A stretch of 62,118 bases of DNA, filler included. It is 8 parts of 8 records of this genome, joined end to end, with 100 filler letters (N's around TTAATTAATTAA, not from the genome) between each part and the next. Parts side by side here need not be neighbours in the genome. Positions count along the whole stretch, not along the records: positions 30,407 to 45,018 come from SRR31147125_66398; positions 45,119 to 50,951 come from SRR31147125_66413; 6 more parts are not named here. One strand, given 5' to 3'. Both the position numbers and the translations under genes were made by a program. Of the stretch, positions 41,102-51,051 are shown one piece after another; the first letter of the stretch is position 1; each line of letters opens with the position of its first letter. The notes beneath the pieces were generated by a model that had not been told where the DNA came from, searched no databases, and worked only from the letters and a program-made list of their open reading frames with translations.

Positions 41102-42133
41102 TTAATTAAAAATTGGTAATATATCTGAAATAGCATTAATAAACACAAATGCAAAAACCACAACAATGATCAGGTTATAAATAAAGCTAACCATCAAACT
41201 TTTTACAATCGATTTAATCCAGCCTTGTTTATAAAAGAGTTTCAAAGCAAGTATTGAATAAATTGGCAAAAGGAATATAGCCCAAAATACAGTCAGAGTC
41301 CAATCTCCACTAAAAAATAAGTTAATCGCTATAATAATCGTAAATAATAAAAACATAAACGAATGTATATGAACCGAAAAGATTAGATGTCTGATATAAT
41401 TAATTTTCCTCCGAACATAAACTAGCTTGAGTAGCAAAGCAAAGACCGGAAGAAGAATAAAAAATGCCCACGACAAATATTTGAGCATTCGCGATGCTAA
41501 CTGACTAGGCGAGCGCAATATTTCAATCATTTTCAAAATTGTTCTTCGCTTATCCTTATCTTCGGTTTTCTCCAACTGTTGTTCAAATATTTTTGCAATA
41601 AACAATAACGATGCACGAAGGTTTTCCTGTTTAAAAATAGTATTCAAATTTAAATCAAGATCCGCTGTTTTACTACTATCTTGCTGTTCTGTTACCGTGA
41701 TTACATCATACGACTCCAGCTCTGCAAAATCAATGGAATCATTATTTAAGACTCCTTCGTCATAAGAAGCATCAAGGATACTCGTAAGGCTTTTGTTTGT
41801 TGAAATCTGCAACAATAAGAATAACACAAAACTCAGAAAAATAAACATTCTAAACGGGGGTGCATAGCTAGCTCTTTTCCCTTCAAAAAATCGGGATGTC
41901 AGATATCCTGGTTTAAAAATAAGGGCAAAAATGGTTTTAAAAAGGCGTGAATCAAAAGCAACAAAATTCCCCAAAAAGTCATAAAAAATAAAACCAAACG
42001 GACGATCAAATTCAGAAACAGACTGCCCACAGTTCGGACAAAACCTGCCTGAAAAAACATGATTGCAATTTAGACACCGAAGCTCTTCCAACTCGGTTAT
42101 TGGAGTTTCTTTTTTCTTATACCACTTCTTCAT
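41102..42133 (-). CDS. DUF3667-domain membrane protein
   Basis: CLNC..GRFCPNCGQ; KPGYLT..F..G.R..Y..PFR; HLIFSVH. Confidence 0.85.
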   Translation of the reverse strand: MKKWYKKKETPITELEELRCLNCNHVFSGRFCPNCGQSVSEFDRPFGFIFYDFLGNFVAFDSRLFKTIFALIFKPGYLTSRFFEGKRASYAPPFRMFIFLSFVLFLLLQISTNKSLTSILDASYDEGVLNNDSIDFAELESYDVITVTEQQDSSKTADLDLNLNTIFKQENLRASLLFIAKIFEQQLEKTEDKDKRRTILKMIEILRSPSQLASRMLKYLSWAFFILLPVFALLLKLVYVRRKINYIRHLIFSVHIHSFMFLLFTIIIAINLFFSGDWTLTVFWAIFLLPIYSILALKLFYKQGWIKSIVKSLMVSFIYNLIIVVVFAFVFINAISDILPIFN

Positions 42134-42674
42134 TATCTTGTTTTTGAGTTTCTGACTTCTTCAATATTTCATCATCAAAAAAATCGAAACTATTCCAAAA
42201 ATCGAAGAAAGGGAAAATGGTTGGAACTAAATTCTTAACAGGCTCATAAATTTGTGATTCAGCCTTTTCTTCTGAAGGAATAATTCCCACATTTTCATCA
42301 ACTTCATCAAAAACAATCAAAACAACACTTAAAATTAAAGCTGTTTTTAAAACTCCAAAAAGGATTCCTGCCAAACGATTAATAAACCCAAGAGCTAAGG
42401 TTTTTATCAATTTATCAACAACATTTCCAATAATATGAACAGCAACAACAATCAATATAAATGTAACAAAGAAAGATATTAAGCCACTATACTTTGAATC
42501 GTAATCGAAAAAATCAGACAAAAAATCACCGGTTAGATGTGAAAAATGCAATGCTCCCCAAATACCAAGGATTAATGCGGCCAATGACGCAATTTCAGCA
42601 ACAAGACCTTTGTTAAATCCACGAAAAGCAGCAACTAAAAGTAAAATTCCAAGGATAATATCAATGTAATTCAT
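42117..42674 (-). CDS. CvpA-family protein
   Basis: MNYIDIIL..GFNKGLV.E; NRLAGILFG. Confidence 0.88.
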   Translation of the reverse strand: MNYIDIILGILLLVAAFRGFNKGLVAEIASLAALILGIWGALHFSHLTGDFLSDFFDYDSKYSGLISFFVTFILIVVAVHIIGNVVDKLIKTLALGFINRLAGILFGVLKTALILSVVLIVFDEVDENVGIIPSEEKAESQIYEPVKNLVPTIFPFFDFWNSFDFFDDEILKKSETQKQDNEEVV

Positions 42675-42821
42675 TTCAAGTAATTTTCAGGTTCAGCATT
42701 GTAAAAGTAGAAATATTTTAGCCATTTAAGTTGAATAATAACGGATGCAAACATTTTAAATTACCTTAAACCTGTCATTCCAGATTTTGGTTACATTTGT
42801 TAAAGACTAAAATTACTGATT

Positions 42822-44339
42822 ATGCCGTTTCTAAATTCGATTATTAATTGGGTTAACTTCAAACGTATTTATCAGATCGATTTATTTCGAAAACATCCTC
42901 ACGATGTACAGCGAGAGGTACTCTTTGATTTATTAAAAGATGCCCGTGATACAGAATGGGGGAAAAGCTATGATTTTAGGTCAATAGATTCTGAAAAAGA
43001 ATTCAAAACCCGCATGCCAATCCGGCAATATGAAGATTTTGCACCTTATATTGAACGGCTTCGACATGGTGAGAAAAATCTTCTTTGGCCAAATGATATA
43101 AAGTGGTTTGCGAAATCATCGGGCACAACCAACGATAAAAGCAAATTTATACCTGTGAGCAAACAATCGCTCGAAGATATTCACTTCAGGGGCATTCGTG
43201 ATGTTTTTGCTCTTTATTTAAAAAACAATCCAGACTCAGGTGTTTTATCGGGAAAAAGTTTGACCCTTGGAGGAAGCCACCGCATAAACAACACCAATAA
43301 CAATTCTTATTTTGGAGACCTGTCTGCAATTCTTATTGAAAACACTCCTTTTTGGTCTGATCTTTATCGGACTCCATCTGCAGATGTTGCGCTAATTGAA
43401 GAGTTTGAAGAAAAAGTAGAACGAATTATTGAAGAATCATTAACCGAAAATGTTACATCTCTGGCAGGTGTGCCCTCCTGGTATTTAATATTATTAAAAC
43501 GTGTACTTGACCATACAGGAAAAGGTGACATTACAGAAGTATGGCCAGATCTGGAAGTTTTTATTCATGGTGGAGTTAAGTTTGACCCATATCGCGATCA
43601 GTATGAAAAATTAATTCCAACAGACAAAATGAACTACATGGAAACCTACAATGCTTCTGAAGGTTTCTTTGCAATTCAAGATGATCCAGAAAAAGATGAT
43701 ATGCTTTTAATGCTTGATTATGGTATATACTATGAATTCATTCCAATGGAGAATTTTAGTGATTCTCCGCCTCCTGCTTATTCATTAGATGAGGTTGAAC
43801 TTGACAAGAATTATGCAATGGTAATTTCGACTAATGGCGGACTTTGGCGATATTTGATTGGTGATACAGTAAAGTTTACAAACAGGTATCCCTATCGAAT
43901 TAAAATTACCGGACGCACCAAACAGTTTATAAATGCCTTTGGAGAAGAACTGATTGTTGACAATGCTGAAGAGGCTCTAAAACTTGCAACAAGTCGAACA
44001 AATTCATCAATTACAGAATACACAGCTGGTCCTGTGTTTATGAGTGAAAACCAAAAAGGTGCACATGAGTGGATTATTGAATTTGATAAAGAACCTAAAG
44101 ATCTCGAACTTTTTGTCTCTGTTCTCGACCACTCACTAAAAACACGAAACTCCGATTATGAAGCAAAACGCCATAAAAACCTCACTCTTGAACGTCCTCA
44201 CCTGATCCTTGCAAAAAAAGGTCTATTTTATGAATGGATGAAAAGAAGAGGTAAGACCGGAGGCCAAAATAAAATACCGAGATTAGCCAATGACAGAAAA
44301 TATTTGGATGAACTTTTAAATCTTCAGAAAAGAATCTGA
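42822..44339 (+). CDS. GH3-family acyl-adenylate/amido synthetase
   Basis: AKSSGTT..SKFIP, ETYNASEGFF, GGLWRY.IGD and GGQNKIPRL motifs. Confidence 0.9.
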   Translation: MPFLNSIINWVNFKRIYQIDLFRKHPHDVQREVLFDLLKDARDTEWGKSYDFRSIDSEKEFKTRMPIRQYEDFAPYIERLRHGEKNLLWPNDIKWFAKSSGTTNDKSKFIPVSKQSLEDIHFRGIRDVFALYLKNNPDSGVLSGKSLTLGGSHRINNTNNNSYFGDLSAILIENTPFWSDLYRTPSADVALIEEFEEKVERIIEESLTENVTSLAGVPSWYLILLKRVLDHTGKGDITEVWPDLEVFIHGGVKFDPYRDQYEKLIPTDKMNYMETYNASEGFFAIQDDPEKDDMLLMLDYGIYYEFIPMENFSDSPPPAYSLDEVELDKNYAMVISTNGGLWRYLIGDTVKFTNRYPYRIKITGRTKQFINAFGEELIVDNAEEALKLATSRTNSSITEYTAGPVFMSENQKGAHEWIIEFDKEPKDLELFVSVLDHSLKTRNSDYEAKRHKNLTLERPHLILAKKGLFYEWMKRRGKTGGQNKIPRLANDRKYLDELLNLQKRI

Positions 44340-44406
44340 ATATTATGAATGATTAATTAGCTCTTTGATTAAATTTGTATCACAAACCGATCAAAAAAAT
44401 AAAATC

Positions 44407-45018
44407 ATGCATATTGCGCTTGCCGGAAATATTGGAGCAGGAAAAACAACCCTCACAGAGTTATTGGGCAAACACTACGGCTGGAACCCTCACTATGAGG
44501 ATGTTGACGACAATCCATATCTGAATGATTTTTACGAAGACATGCAAAGATGGTCGTTCAATTTGCAAATTTATTTTTTGAACAAACGCTTGAGCCAGGT
44601 GCTTGATATTCAAAACTCAGGCGATACTGTAATTCAGGATCGGACAATCTATGAAGATGCTGAGATTTTTGCCCCCAACCTACATGCGATGGGCTTAATG
44701 AGCACTCGTGATTTTAACAACTATACAACACTTTTTAAACTCATGATCAAGTTGGTTAAAGCACCTGATTTAATGATTTATCTTCGTGCAAGCGTACCAA
44801 CTCTTGTAAATCAAATCCAGCAACGTGGGAGGGAATATGAAAACTCAATTCGTCTGGACTACCTAAAACAATTAAACGAACGATACGAAGCATGGATTAG
44901 CAAATACGATGCAGGTAAGCTTCTAATTATCAATGTTGACAAAGTGGACATCACAAATACACCTGAAGATTTAAGTGGTGTTATCGATAAAATTGATGCA
45001 CAAATCCACGGACTTTTT
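44407..45018 (+). CDS. Deoxynucleoside kinase (stop codon at or beyond the contig edge)
   Basis: GNIGAGKTT P-loop, QDRTIYED, RGREYE. Confidence 0.93.
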
Positions 45019-45118
45019 NNNNNNNNNNNNNNNNNNNNNNNNNNNNNNNNNNNNNNNNNNNNTTAATTAATTAANNNNNNNNNNNNNNNNNNNNNNNNNN
45101 NNNNNNNNNNNNNNNNNN

Positions 45119-46813
45119 CCCTTTCTTGAATTTCTTGAGAACTGGGACCCGGAGACCAAGAAATTAGGTGATCCGGAAAAGGTATCCGGCCTCTGGCACC
45201 GCAAAGAGGGAAAAGCGGTTAAAACCGGACCTGCCAATACAGTGCGGAGTTTGGATGAAATTCCTTCTCCGATACTTGCCGGTCTGGTTCCCATGCATTC
45301 CAAACGGAATCTTGGGGTTATGCTGGAAGGCAGCAGGTGTTGCCCCTTCCGGTGCAGTTTTTGTTTTGAAGGAGCTAAAAGGGGAGCGGTCCGTTCCGCG
45401 TCTGTTGACCGGATCACTCAGGAAATCGATTATGCGGTTGGGCAGGGAGCGCACTATTTCCACATTATGGATCCCATACTCTGCAGTCACGATAATGAAC
45501 GTCTTAAGTCATTAACCGATCATATCAGCAACCTTTCCTCCAAGAGCAAACAGATCACCTTTCTGGTGGAGGCCTATGCCGAATTCATAACCGATGAGAT
45601 TGCCGCCTGCATGAAAAATATCGCCATCATAGATATCGGGCTGCAAACGATTCACCCTCCCACGGTAAAAAGCATCAACCGCAAATACAGGCCGGAAGCT
45701 TTTCGGCGCGGGCTTGAGGCGCTACGGCGCCACGGCGCCATCTATAATCTCTACCTTATATGCGGGCTGCCCTATGAGACCTTAACCACTTACCTTAAAG
45801 GCATCCTGTTCGCTATCGAACAGCAACCGGTGCGGGTATTTTTTAATGAACTGTGTTTGCTCAACGGCACGGATCTACGCAGAAAGGCTGAAACATACGG
45901 TTACCACTACGATTCGTCTCCGCCATACCTCATTCATGGCAATAAGTGGATGACGCAGGAAGAATTGAACATGGCGTGGGCTTTATCGGCGGCAGTTTCC
46001 GCGCAATATAATCTCTCGGTTTTCGGGATTTATAAAGACACTCCCTGGCTGTCCCGGGAATGTCATTATCTGGACAAAAAACAGCATGTCATAAATCTAC
46101 ATGGAGAATATGGGCGGACCTGTCCAAACTTCATGGACCGGAAGCAATCGCGGGACAATGGATTTAATCATCTTTTGCGCGATGCTGAGAACGCTGATTT
46201 TGAGATCATCATCGACAGCGCGGTGGATAAAAATTATCTTTTACAGCTCATCGGCCAGGCGCATCTGGCCGGGGCTGTGCGCATCAAGTTGATCACCCCG
46301 CCGTCACTGTTTGAAGATGAAGCGTTTATCGATCTCCTGGTCAATAGGGGTGTATGGCACTTCAAGACATACCTCGGGCAACTTGGCGGTGAAACGATTG
46401 ATGTTAAAGATGCCACAGAAAAGGCAGGGAGATTACAATCGGTGCTACGGTCGTTCTCATTACACGGCGCGGCCCATTTTTCACCGTTTGTGGAAATCGT
46501 GGTTTATCCCGGAAAGATAGACCCCGGCGGACTCCGGGTACTGCTCATGCGGTTAAAAGAGATGCGGACACCCATGATATCGTTGCCGGCTGACTACGTT
46601 TTCCCGGACGACCAAAGAGGATTGGACGAGCTTCATACAATGTTTTTCGAGATAATTGAAGATCGTACATGGATGAAAATGCCCGAGGATTTTTATCGTG
46701 TTTGTTTTAAAGAAAATAAAGAGCGTGAAGAGGTAATCTCCATGCTTAAGGCACTGCAACTTGTGAGCGAAGACATCAGCCCGCCCTTTGCTGATAAAAC
46801 ATCACAATCTTAA
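45119..46813 (+). CDS. B12-binding-type radical SAM protein, 5'-truncated, with C-terminal extension
   Basis: SLDEIPSP..EGSRCCPFRCSFC (CxxxCxxC); DIGLQT, LICGLPYET and GTDL motifs typical of class B radical SAM enzymes. Confidence 0.82.
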   Translation, partial: PFLEFLENWDPETKKLGDPEKVSGLWHRKEGKAVKTGPANTVRSLDEIPSPILAGLVPMHSKRNLGVMLEGSRCCPFRCSFCFEGAKRGAVRSASVDRITQEIDYAVGQGAHYFHIMDPILCSHDNERLKSLTDHISNLSSKSKQITFLVEAYAEFITDEIAACMKNIAIIDIGLQTIHPPTVKSINRKYRPEAFRRGLEALRRHGAIYNLYLICGLPYETLTTYLKGILFAIEQQPVRVFFNELCLLNGTDLRRKAETYGYHYDSSPPYLIHGNKWMTQEELNMAWALSAAVSAQYNLSVFGIYKDTPWLSRECHYLDKKQHVINLHGEYGRTCPNFMDRKQSRDNGFNHLLRDAENADFEIIIDSAVDKNYLLQLIGQAHLAGAVRIKLITPPSLFEDEAFIDLLVNRGVWHFKTYLGQLGGETIDVKDATEKAGRLQSVLRSFSLHGAAHFSPFVEIVVYPGKIDPGGLRVLLMRLKEMRTPMISLPADYVFPDDQRGLDELHTMFFEIIEDRTWMKMPEDFYRVCFKENKEREEVISMLKALQLVSEDISPPFADKTSQS

Positions 46814-46857
46814 GGATGTGCGTTTACCTTTGACGACCGACAAAAGGTGTATCGTTT

Positions 46858-47854
46858 ATGGCCAATATACTGATAACAAATCGTTGTAATCGAAAATGTC
46901 CTTTCTGTTTTGCCAGACTCAGGGTCAATATTAAAGGAAAGGAATCTCCTGACTATATGTCCCGTGATGACGTGCGCAAGGTCATGGATTTTATGGAACG
47001 CTCGGACGACCCGCAGCTTCGATTGCTGGGTGGTGAACCGACATTACATCCGGATTTTATTGACATCGTCACAGAAGCTCTTGGCGCGTGATTTTCATGT
47101 CCACGTATTCACCAACGCGATAATGAGTAAAAAGAAAGTTGATTTCTTAAGCGAAATTCCCAAGGAAAAGCTATCGCTGCTCTGCAATGTCTCCCACGAA
47201 GAAATCGATACCGGGAACCACAGGAAAAGAAAGAATTATGCATTAAAGAAGCTGGGGGAAAAGGCCCAGGTGGGTATTACAGTCACATCACCTGAGTTTG
47301 AATACCAATATCTGATTGATTTGATAAACGAATTTGGTTTAAGGCGGCATGTGCGGGTTGGTATTGCCCAACCGATCGTCGGTTACGATAATACTTACCT
47401 GGAACCGCATTTGTATCGGGAAGCAGGCAAGGGTATCGTGAAAATGGCCCGCGCATGTATCAAAGAGGAGATCCTTATCGGTTTTGACTGCGGTATGACG
47501 TTATGTATGTTTGATGAGGCGGAAATCGGCTTTCTCATGAAAAACACCGAGGGTTTTGTAATGCGTTGCGATCCCATCATCGATGTGGGTACCGATCTTG
47601 ATGTCTGGAATTGTTTTCCCCTTTCCAACGTTCTGGTATCACACCTGGATCAATATGAAACCCGCAATAAAGCGAGTAAAACATATACGAAGGTGATCGC
47701 TCCCTACCGTGTACTGGGTTGCAAACCCGAATGCTTTACCTGCAAGCATCTCAAGCGGAAGCAATGCTCCGGCGGTTGTCTGGCGCATGCTATGAATTCT
47801 CTTAACAAGATTCCCCCGATGGAAGTTTATCCGGAAGCATACGAATGCAAATAA
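46858..47854 (+). CDS. Radical SAM protein with SPASM/twitch-like C-terminus (frameshift near 47085)
   Basis: TNRCNRKCPFC, LLGGEPTLHP; then VFTNA..CDPIIDV..VWNCFP..CFTCKHLKRKQCSGGC. Confidence 0.88.
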
Positions 47855-50133
47855 AAGTAGACCTCGAGAGCGTCCGTGCCGAAGCAAAGCTGTCTAAGAA
47901 CAGATATTTTGATCTGGCAGGGACAAAAATCGTCTTTGCCGATCCGCCGGACATCATCAACTATGTAGTGGGCAGGGCCTTCAGTCTCAGTGAAATTCAG
48001 CCCTGCGACCCCGACATTACCTTTGATTGTGCCATCCACACGGACGAGACATTCATCGATCGAATGCCTGCGGATGTTTATGATGAGTTTAACAAAATTG
48101 AGGAGAGGGATGATCCCTGTTTTTATGAAGGAGAGAATGGGAGATTATTCGCCATCGTTAGAAATATGGGATGTGCCTCCTATGCCTTGACTACGCCACC
48201 CTACTCGCATGTAGCTGTGGTTTGCCAAACGTTGACCAAGGAAGAAACCCCACTGCACCTCCAGGTTATTCTCATACCTATCATCAGCCACCTTATGATG
48301 CTGCAGGGAAAATTCATTATGCACGCCGGTTGCGTGGCAACACCCGAAGGCAACGGGCTTGTGCTTATGGCCGACAGCGGCGGGGGCAAAACCACAACGG
48401 TTTTTACCTTAACCTGCAACGGTTTTAATTTTCTTTCGGATGATCTTGTAGTTGCCTGCCCAACAGATGGGGGCTATGTCTATCGACCTATTCAGGAAAG
48501 AATCAACGTTACCAGCAAGACAATTAAGTTTTTTCCGGAACTCCGTTTTGCCAAAAAGAAGCTGAAGAAAATTGATGCAACGAAGTTGCCGGTGGATCCG
48601 CATGACGTTTTTGGAAAAGAAAAAATCAAGGACACGGCCCGGCTTTCCGCGATTATTTTAATCAGGCTCGATAAAGAGGGTCCGAAGCTTGTTCCTCTGG
48701 ACGGCAGTGCAATTTTAAAGCCTTTATTAAAGAGCAATACCTTTGCCCGTTATAAAAGTATTCCCCATGCTCAGGTAGAGACTATCTGGAACCTGCTGGA
48801 ACAGACGAAAACGTTTGCTTTGTATACCGGTTCTGATCCTCATGTGCTTGGAGAATGGCTGGCTGAACGTGCCGTGGAAGGTGTTCTGGTTGGTGAATCA
48901 TCAAAAAAACTGGCGCACCGCTCTGTAAAAAAACAGGCTCAAAGGGAAAAGGGAAAATTCGTACTTGGACTGGAAAAGATTCTTGCAGATACGCTGGATG
49001 ACCAGACTACAAAAACGGAGATCGACATTGATGGACGTTGGTTGTCACGTTTCAGCCGGCAGATCAGATACCACCGGATCGACAACCTTGTTGCCCAGTA
49101 TCTGGCCAATCAAGGTATTAGGCTGCCCCTTGGACCTACCGCCAACCCGGCATCCTTACTTACCAAGGCAAAGGCTGCCGGCCTGCGCTTAAGCGCTACG
49201 GCAAAAACAATATTTCAGGAATTCGCCTGCCGGGATATCCCCACACTGGCCCTACGGGGACCGACCTTTGCTCAGGATTACTATCCAAACAGCTACTTAC
49301 GAATTTATCGTGATATCGATGTCATCGTTCAGGAATCGGACCTTCAGAAGGCCCAGAACCTCCTTGTTGATCGGGGATTTTCGCCTGAACCTGATCAGGA
49401 ATACTGGATCGGCAAGGGGGAAATGCCGTTCACCAACGGCCAGGTCAGGGTCGAGCTTCACTGGGATGCCTATCCGGTAATGAATAAGGAAAAGATACCT
49501 TTCTACGATTTCCGGCAGAAGCTGCAAAACACCGATCTGGACGGCCTTACGGTACAAACCGTGAATGTTAATCATCTCCTGCTGTCAACCTGTTTTCATT
49601 TGTACTTTGAACATAGAATGGACAGGATATGCCGGCTTATCGACATCCGTCAGATTATCAAAAAGGGCGCTGATTCTCTGGACTGGGACTGGATGGTGAA
49701 CACCCTGCCGGCGGATTATTGCCGATTTGCTTTCTGGCTGCCGCTGGTGCTTGCCGCGGACCTGGTCGGGGCGCAGGTGCCCCATGCCGCCCTGCAAAGA
49801 ATCGCCCCCGATCTTTTAAGGAAAAGACGGCAAGCCGCTTATTTACTTCTGAAACTTTCCTGGCAATGCCGAAAAAGACAAGCAACCTTAAGTTGTCGAT
49901 GGTCAACAAGATTGTGGGGTAATGCCAATGCTGCGGGTGATTTTTATAGGCCGGGAGATGATGATTTTAAAAGAGCTGCAGCAGTGCTCGGAAGTTTGCG
50001 GGGTATATGTTCAGAAACAGAAAGTAAGGCCATGGAAGTTGCGGGAAGTCCTGTTGAAAAATTACGGATTGCGTCAAATGATCCGTCCCATATTGAGGAA
50101 ATTCCCTCTGAGAAAGTGGTTAAGGACACTTGA
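47845..50133 (+). CDS. Fusion of an HprK-related kinase and an NTP_transf_5-like nucleotidyltransferase (real stop probably near 49920)
   Basis: MHAGCV..ADSGGGKTT..FLSDD (kinase); LRGP..YY....R...DIDVIV..VELHW..H..RLIDI (nucleotidyltransferase); single open frame. Confidence 0.8.
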   Translation: MQIKVDLESVRAEAKLSKNRYFDLAGTKIVFADPPDIINYVVGRAFSLSEIQPCDPDITFDCAIHTDETFIDRMPADVYDEFNKIEERDDPCFYEGENGRLFAIVRNMGCASYALTTPPYSHVAVVCQTLTKEETPLHLQVILIPIISHLMMLQGKFIMHAGCVATPEGNGLVLMADSGGGKTTTVFTLTCNGFNFLSDDLVVACPTDGGYVYRPIQERINVTSKTIKFFPELRFAKKKLKKIDATKLPVDPHDVFGKEKIKDTARLSAIILIRLDKEGPKLVPLDGSAILKPLLKSNTFARYKSIPHAQVETIWNLLEQTKTFALYTGSDPHVLGEWLAERAVEGVLVGESSKKLAHRSVKKQAQREKGKFVLGLEKILADTLDDQTTKTEIDIDGRWLSRFSRQIRYHRIDNLVAQYLANQGIRLPLGPTANPASLLTKAKAAGLRLSATAKTIFQEFACRDIPTLALRGPTFAQDYYPNSYLRIYRDIDVIVQESDLQKAQNLLVDRGFSPEPDQEYWIGKGEMPFTNGQVRVELHWDAYPVMNKEKIPFYDFRQKLQNTDLDGLTVQTVNVNHLLLSTCFHLYFEHRMDRICRLIDIRQIIKKGADSLDWDWMVNTLPADYCRFAFWLPLVLAADLVGAQVPHAALQRIAPDLLRKRRQAAYLLLKLSWQCRKRQATLSCRWSTRLWGNANAAGDFYRPGDDDFKRAAAVLGSLRGICSETESKAMEVAGSPVEKLRIASNDPSHIEEIPSEKVVKDT

Positions 50134-50683
50134 ATCATATACCATCCATGACTATGTCATAGAAAATAGACTTACCTTGTTGTCCGCCTCGAAAATTAGC
50201 GACAAACAACTGCTCGGGGTTATTAAGAAACTTAATCCGGACCTGGGAGTGGTCGCCAATTTCGGTCAAAAAGTACCCAAGACGGTTTTGCAATCCGCGA
50301 CCTATGGGTTCATCAATTTTCATCCCTCACTGTTGCCGAAATATCGAGGGCCCAACCCTATCCAGCAAGTATTATTGAATAACGAAACTGAAACCGGGGT
50401 TACCTGGCATCGCATGGAGGAGACTTTGGACCGGGGGAACATATTGTCGCAGGAAAAGATATCGGTATTGCCGACAGATACTGACAGGGACCTTATTATA
50501 AGGTCGGTTGAAACCGGCAGGAAAATGCTCGGCCCACTTTTGCAATCTCTTGAACAGGGAACATGCAAAGAAACATCCCAGGATGAGTCAGAAGCGACAT
50601 GTTGCTCAAGGTTAACCAGAGAGGAACGGAAGAACCTTGACAGGATTTTGAGCCAAAGAGCTGCATTGAAAAAGCGCAGTTAA
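49922..50683 (+). CDS. Formyltransferase (Fmt/ArnA N-terminal-like)
   Basis: INFHPSLLPKYRGPNP..ETGVTWH....LDRGNI; lacks the Fmt C-terminal domain. Confidence 0.88.
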   Translation: MPMLRVIFIGREMMILKELQQCSEVCGVYVQKQKVRPWKLREVLLKNYGLRQMIRPILRKFPLRKWLRTLESYTIHDYVIENRLTLLSASKISDKQLLGVIKKLNPDLGVVANFGQKVPKTVLQSATYGFINFHPSLLPKYRGPNPIQQVLLNNETETGVTWHRMEETLDRGNILSQEKISVLPTDTDRDLIIRSVETGRKMLGPLLQSLEQGTCKETSQDESEATCCSRLTREERKNLDRILSQRAALKKRS

Positions 50684-51051
50684 CCATTCACCAGTAAAAG
50701 ATGGCCAATCCTTTTAAAAATGGTTCTGTGTTTTTGTAAAAGGAGGGCGTTATGCTTCGGGCGTGGAATGGTTGCGGTCGAAAAGCAGTTCCCACGCCTC
50801 CCGTCCCTCTGCTTTGGTGAAGAAACCGGCAAACTGCTTCAGTTTCACCATCAGCGGTTCGGCGGCGTAAATCAGGTTTCGCTTAATCCCGATGTGGGTC
50901 GCAAATGTTCTTCTCCCACGATAGCATGCGAAATAGTGAGGAATCGTTTTTNNNNNNNNNNNNNNNNNNNNNNNNNNNNNNNNNNNNNNNNNNNNTTAAT
51001 TAATTAANNNNNNNNNNNNNNNNNNNNNNNNNNNNNNNNNNNNNNNNNNNN

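Noticed and set aside
42822-44339. GH3 'auxin-responsive' gene as plant-derived or novel
   Set aside because: GH3 homologues are widespread in Bacteroidota and sit here among housekeeping genes.
49922-50683. Housekeeping methionyl-tRNA formyltransferase (fmt)
   Set aside because: Lacks the Fmt C-terminal domain and the def/fmt context, so no symbol was assigned.
50684-50951. RiPP precursor downstream of the formyltransferase
   Set aside because: The plus-strand 95-aa ORF has no leader/core features; an open minus-strand frame suggests the 3' end of a convergent gene.
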